Shown here piece after piece: positions 59,667-64,000 of a stretch of DNA of 64,000 nt. This stretch comes from an uncultured Solirubrobacteraceae bacterium. GTDB taxonomy: Bacteria > Actinomycetota > Thermoleophilia > Solirubrobacterales > Solirubrobacteraceae. The stretch is taken from positions 1,224,667 through 1,288,666 of the forward strand of contig CAWCCZ010000003.1 of the NCBI GenBank assembly GCA_963794275.1, read 5' to 3'. How positions within the stretch are numbered: the first letter of the stretch is position 1; each line of letters starts with the position of its first letter. The notes below the pieces were generated by a model, which saw only the letters and a list, made by a program, of their open reading frames with translations, was not told the DNA's origin and did no database searches. The position numbers and the translations under genes are program-made.

Positions 59667-61642
59667 TCAGCCGCTGAGCGTGTAGCTGCTCAGCACCGTG
59701 GTCGTCACGGGCGGGTGCGAGGCCGCGTTGCGCACGATCAGGCGCAGCATCAGCGAGACCTTGTGCACTTTGGCCAGGCGCGACGCGGTCCGTTTCGAGA
59801 ACTGGATGCGCACGGTGCTGTGACCCGCCGCGGTCGTGACGAGCACGGCTTTGGCGATGATCAGCTTCGCGGGCGTCCCGGCGGGGAGTCCAACCGCGAG
59901 CGGGCCGCCGATGCCGAGCTTGCGCGCTGTGCTGCGGCTGAGCAGCACCTCGAAGTGGCCAGCAACCTGCTCGTTGACCGAGTAGCGAACGGCGAGGCCC
60001 GAGCGCAGTGCCGTGCGCAGGGAGCGGGAGACGATTAGGGCCGTTGCCGAAGGCCGGGGGACCGATGCGGACCCCGCCGCAGCCGGCGTCGAGGAGCTCG
60101 AGCCGCCGGCGCCCGAGGTGCTCGTCACGCTACTGCCGGAGGGTCCGGAGGGGCCTTCACCGGGAGCGAAGTTCACCGTGACTGTGCGCTGGCCCGTATT
60201 CACATTCCCGCCGCTGTCAGTCACCGTGAGTGTCGCGGTGTAGCTGCCTCCGTGTGCATAGCTGTGAAAGACGCTGGCATCGCCCGGCCCGGACACCACC
60301 GGCGAGTGATCGCCAAAGTCCCACGTGTACACCGCAGCGACGTACGGCTCGTCCGGCGGAAGCCCGGTGGTCCTGGCGTCGAGGGTTATGTCAGACTCGG
60401 TGCCGTTGAATCCGACGATATCGCCGACGTTGACGGGGTTCGGGGCCGTGAAATACGGTTCCAGCGTCACGCCGGACCAGCACGAATACCCGGCTCCTGC
60501 GGTTACGCCGGCACTGTCGAAGGCCCACGGCAGGTAATAGAGGTTGCCGTTGATCTGCTGGTTTGCGGCGCTGCCGGCGTGGGTTTCCGGATTTTCTTTG
60601 GGTTCTTTGGGGGGCGGGCCGAAGTTGAACTGGCACACGTCGCCCTGCTCGGCGTTCGTGCCGTCCTGGTACCAGCCTTTGAGGCGCGGGTCGGTCACGA
60701 CATCTCGCTGCTCGAAGCTGAGATCACCGATGATCACATCGGCGAGGCCCTCAGCGTAGTTGCCGAAGGGGTTGAGTTCCTGGAGCTGGTTAGGCTCCTC
60801 GAGTTCTTTGTTGTCCTGGCAGGCGAGGACATCCGGGGTGACCACGGTAGGTTTTCAGCAGTCCCGCTTCGCCCGCGACCCACGGTTGCACCACATACGG
60901 GACCGTGCCACCGCCGGAAACGGTCGCCGTGGAGTGATAGCCGCAGATCCCGGTCGTCACGAGTTCGTTTTTCGTGTTTTTGGACTTTTTCCACGTCGTG
61001 CGCGAGCGCTTCGGATTCCGAGCATGTGCTCGGCCCAGTTTCATCGGCGCAGACCGTGACGCCGGGCGGCGTGAGCAGGTAGTACACGGGGGTGCCCGTC
61101 GCGCCCGGAAGGGGTGGGTCCACCGACGTGATCAGCCGTTGCAGCTCAGTTTTGACCTCGGCATCGGTCAAGCACACGTATATGTGCTTTTCATGACAGT
61201 TTTTGCCTTCGCCTTCGGTCGGGTAGGCGTTCGTGTCCTTGTAGGAGCCGCGGAAGGTGAGCCGGTTTTCGGCGCGACCGTACTGAGTGTCGAGCGCAAA
61301 GACGTTGCTGAGCTTTTCGGAGTCCGCGCCGACGTCCTGGAAGAAGCGATCGATCAGCCGCTCCCAGTCGCCGCGGTAATTGCCCACCGGGTCCCAGTAG
61401 ACGACGTAGACGTCTGAGGAGTGGAGCACTTCTTCAGTGTGGTGGTCGAGTGGACCGCCGGCGAGGATTGCTTCGGCGGGCACGGCGGCCCGTCGCTGCA
61501 ATCCCAAGCCACCTTCGACGAACGCGCCGGCGGGAGCGGCGAGCAGCAGCGAGATTGCCACGGCGCACCCGATGAGCAGCCCGGAAAGGGTCGCGGTCGC
61601 TCGGCACACCGGCGAGCAGAGCGTGCGCGCAAAGATCGTCAC
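59667..61642 (-). CDS. Secreted PKD-domain protein, frameshifted at ~60850-60990
   Basis: Signal peptide; PKD motif YTWDFGD...HSY...YTATLTVTD. Confidence 0.7.
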
Positions 61643-61724
61643 GTGAGGGCTATCGGCACGCCCCCGCGGTTGCCTTAGCGGCGTGGACGAGATTGCCCAC
61701 GCAGCAGGGGGCGGGAGCGCGGGG

Positions 61725-62483
61725 TCAGCCGCGTGAGGTCAGCCGGCGGCTGGCCAGGCGCCGCGCCTTCGCGGCGGCCGCGCGGTGCGCGACGTAGGCG
61801 ACGGCTGTCTTGTAGGCAGAGGTGAGCGCGGCTAGCGTTTCGTGAGAGGTCTCCCCGTAGCCCGGCATGTCCTTGGCGCTCTTCGCGCCGGCGGCGAAGA
61901 TGCCGAGCTCGAGGTGCGGCGCCGAGGAGATCCCGACGGTCCCGCAACCGACGTCGGCGATCGGCTGGCCCGCGAGCACGTGCGTGCCGACCGGGACGAG
62001 CGCCGGGGCGGCGTGGCCGTAGTAGATGTAGCGGCCCGCGTCAGGGCCGCTGTCGACCAGCAGGACGGGCGCATACGGCCCGAAGCCTTCAAGGCCCTCG
62101 GCGACGATCGTGCCGCTCGCGACGGCCAGCTCCCGCAGCCGTGAGCCGCACTGGTTCGCGCTGCCGCCGAGGTCGACTCCGGCGTCCTGAGACCACCAGC
62201 TCCTGGAGGCGACATGCGACAGGGGATACAGCGGAAAGACCCAGCCACTGGGGGCGATCGGGTAGGGACTGCCGGCGATGACCGGCGCGGGTGCGCTCGG
62301 CCCGGTGGCCCCCGGCGTGCCACTGGGAGTGGTGCCCGCCGGGGCGGGCGCGGGGGCGCTCGTCGTCGGCATTTCGGTCCCGCCGGTGGTCTCGGCCGCC
62401 GCCCTGCCGCGCGTGAGCGCGAGCGCAGCCAGTCCAGCCAACAGCAGAGCCGTGAGTGCCAACGCCGTGTGACGCAGCCGCAT
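61725..62483 (-). CDS. M23 (LytM)-like protein with variant metal ligands
   Basis: Signal peptide; motifs [20 protein letters not shown] and SSAPHLE. Confidence 0.8.
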   Translation of the reverse strand: MRLRHTALALTALLLAGLAALALTRGRAAAETTGGTEMPTTSAPAPAPAGTTPSGTPGATGPSAPAPVIAGSPYPIAPSGWVFPLYPLSHVASRSWWSQDAGVDLGGSANQCGSRLRELAVASGTIVAEGLEGFGPYAPVLLVDSGPDAGRYIYYGHAAPALVPVGTHVLAGQPIADVGCGTVGISSAPHLELGIFAAGAKSAKDMPGYGETSHETLAALTSAYKTAVAYVAHRAAAAKARRLASRRLTSRG

Positions 62484-62499
62484 TCGCAACCTTTCTTGC

Positions 62500-62618
62500 T
62501 CGGGCCGACGGGGTTAGCTGACGGGCTAGCGATGTTCGCCTTCCGCGGATTACCGCGGAACTCGCCCCTGCAACGTGGTTCCCCCGCACCCCGGCGCTTG
62601 CCGGGGATTAGGCGCGCG
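62500..62618 (-). ncRNA. Cyclic di-AMP (ydaO/yuaA) riboswitch
   Basis: The minus strand reads GCCTAATCC..GGTGCGGGGGAACC..GGGGCGA..AGCCCGTCAGCTAACCCCGTCGGC, which has the conserved ydaO-yuaA blocks. It sits directly upstream of a cell-wall M23 gene. Confidence 0.9.
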
Positions 62619-62665
62619 CGCAAGGTTAGCGGACGCGGCTGCGGAACGCAGGCGCGGGCTGCGTC

Positions 62666-63598
62666 TCAGGCCGAGCCCACGTAGAGCTGGTGAAGCAGGT
62701 CGTCGACCACGGGTGAGGTCGCGCCGAAGGCGGGACAGCATGTGGCGCCGCCGGGGGGCGTGAGGCCGAACTCGATGTGCGGTCCCGAGGAGATGCCGAC
62801 ATCGCCGCAGCCGACCTCCGCGATCGGCTGCCCGGCGAGAACGTGCGTGCCGACCGGGACGAGCGCCGGGGCGGCGTGGCCGTAGTAGGCGTACCAGCCG
62901 GCGTACGGGCCGCCTTCGATGCGCAGCACCGGCGCGTAGGGGCCGAACCCGGGGATGCCCTCGCGCACGATCGTGCCCGCCGTGACGGCGACCTCCACGG
63001 CGGCCGTGCCGCACGCGCCGCCCGCGGTGGAGATGTCGACCCCCTGATCCTCGCTCCAGCTCGAAGGGGTGAACACGACGGCGCGCGGCTGCAGCGGGAA
63101 CACCCAGCTCGCGCCGCCGCCGCCGCCCAGGTAGGTGGCGCCCTGTTCGAAGGCCTGCACGCTGTTGCCCTTGGGCAGCACTATCCCGGCTTTGCGCGCC
63201 TGGGCCACTTCGGCTTTGATCTGCGCGTCGGAGGGAGCTCCGGGCGCGACGTAGCTGCCGCCTGCGCCGCTCGCGGATGCGGGCAGCGCGTCGGCGCCGC
63301 CCACCTTTCCAGGCACCTCGCGCCTGTCGAGTCCGCTGCGTGTGGCGTTCGGCGGCAGCGGCAGCGCGCGCGCCGAGGCCGAGCTGCGGGCGCGCCCGGA
63401 GGAGGCCCGGCCCGCGGGATCACCGCGCGGCGGGTGAGGTCGCGCCGGCGTTTGGCCGAACCGACGCCGGCGTGGAGCCGGTCGAAGATGCCGCGCCGCA
63501 TCCCGCGAGCGCGACAGCGGCGCAGCATGCGGCGAGCGGTGTACGAGCACCTCGCAGGAGCACCGGGGCGATGTTAGCCCCGTGCAGCAGTCAACCAT
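62666..63598 (-). CDS. Second M23-like protein; N-terminus uncertain or frameshifted
   Basis: Motifs [18 protein letters not shown] and SSGPHIE. Confidence 0.7.
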   Translation of the reverse strand: MVDCCTGLTSPRCSCEVLVHRSPHAAPLSRSRDAARHLRPAPRRRRFGQTPARPHPPRGDPAGRASSGRARSSASARALPLPPNATRSGLDRREVPGKVGGADALPASASGAGGSYVAPGAPSDAQIKAEVAQARKAGIVLPKGNSVQAFEQGATYLGGGGGASWVFPLQPRAVVFTPSSWSEDQGVDISTAGGACGTAAVEVAVTAGTIVREGIPGFGPYAPVLRIEGGPYAGWYAYYGHAAPALVPVGTHVLAGQPIAEVGCGDVGISSGPHIEFGLTPPGGATCCPAFGATSPVVDDLLHQLYVGSA

Positions 63599-63693
63599 CC
63601 CGCTTGCGCTCCCGATTCCTGGTCATGTTGTCCAGGGCGACCCCCACAGCCACAGCCGCCGCGACCTTGGGCCCGATGCGAGGGGTGAGAACC

Positions 63694-64000
63694 ATGAAAA
63701 ACAGGGGCAGCTCCGTGACCCACGGCACCGGGGGCGATTCGCGTCCGGGTGACCCGGCTTTGGCCGGGGATGGCAGTGTGCGCGCCAAGCGCCGACTTGT
63801 GGATGGTTATCGCGGCAAGTGGGCGGTCCGCATGGCGCTGCTGTTCGCGCTCGGCACGCTCGCCTCCTTCTTCGGCGCCCGCTCGCTGGCGGATTCCAAC
63901 AGCCAGGAGGCGCGCCTGCAGTTCCACATCTTGAGCGCCCAGGTCGCCTCGACGCTTGAACTCGCGATTCAGCGGGAGGAAGACCTGGTCGTGGGCGCGA
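63694..64000 (+). CDS. Membrane-anchored sensor-type protein, N-terminus only; runs off the right edge; absent from the ORF track
   Basis: Open frame from the ATG at 63694: MKNRGSS...WAVRMALLFALGTLASFFGA (TM)...EARLQFHILSAQVASTLELAIQREEDLVV. Confidence 0.55.
   Translation, partial: MKNRGSSVTHGTGGDSRPGDPALAGDGSVRAKRRLVDGYRGKWAVRMALLFALGTLASFFGARSLADSNSQEARLQFHILSAQVASTLELAIQREEDLVVGA

Noticed and set aside
63700-63790. Possible c-di-GMP riboswitch-like sequence on the minus strand
   Set aside because: The core motifs match poorly, and the region is better explained as the 5' end of a plus-strand CDS.

Overview
This is high-GC DNA of actinobacterial type. Gene content (Bacillus-style qcrABC, TreT+OtsA, ahbAB, many apparently leaderless genes) suggests Thermoleophilia/Solirubrobacterales, which is inference only. 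Many single-base indels, densest at about 50.7-57 kb, look like long-read consensus errors. From about 10.3 to 64 kb the window is mostly core chromosome: pyrE, PBP1A, infA-thiL, sortase, treT-otsA, rpsF-(fatty acid hydroxylase)-ssb-rpsR-rplI-dnaB-(DnaC-like)-purA, tRNA-Lys, tatC, hepT-menG-qcrCBA-hemL-ahbAB-hemB, an ABC transporter, ymdB, ddl, cell-wall hydrolases and a c-di-AMP riboswitch. The most striking structure is at 1-10.3 kb. An intact tRNA-Arg(CCT) gene is followed, downstream on its strand, by four direct-repeat copies of its 3' half (8089, 5456, 1799, 325), which are more divergent with distance. They delimit small 1.4-3.6 kb cargo modules with no integrase. The two youngest modules begin with a shared ~150-bp non-coding arm ending in a loxP-like 13-7-13 inverted repeat (GTTTGGGCAGCAA-N7-TTGCTGCCCAAAC). 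This is a candidate tRNA-anchored, integron-like cassette accretion system mobilised in trans.
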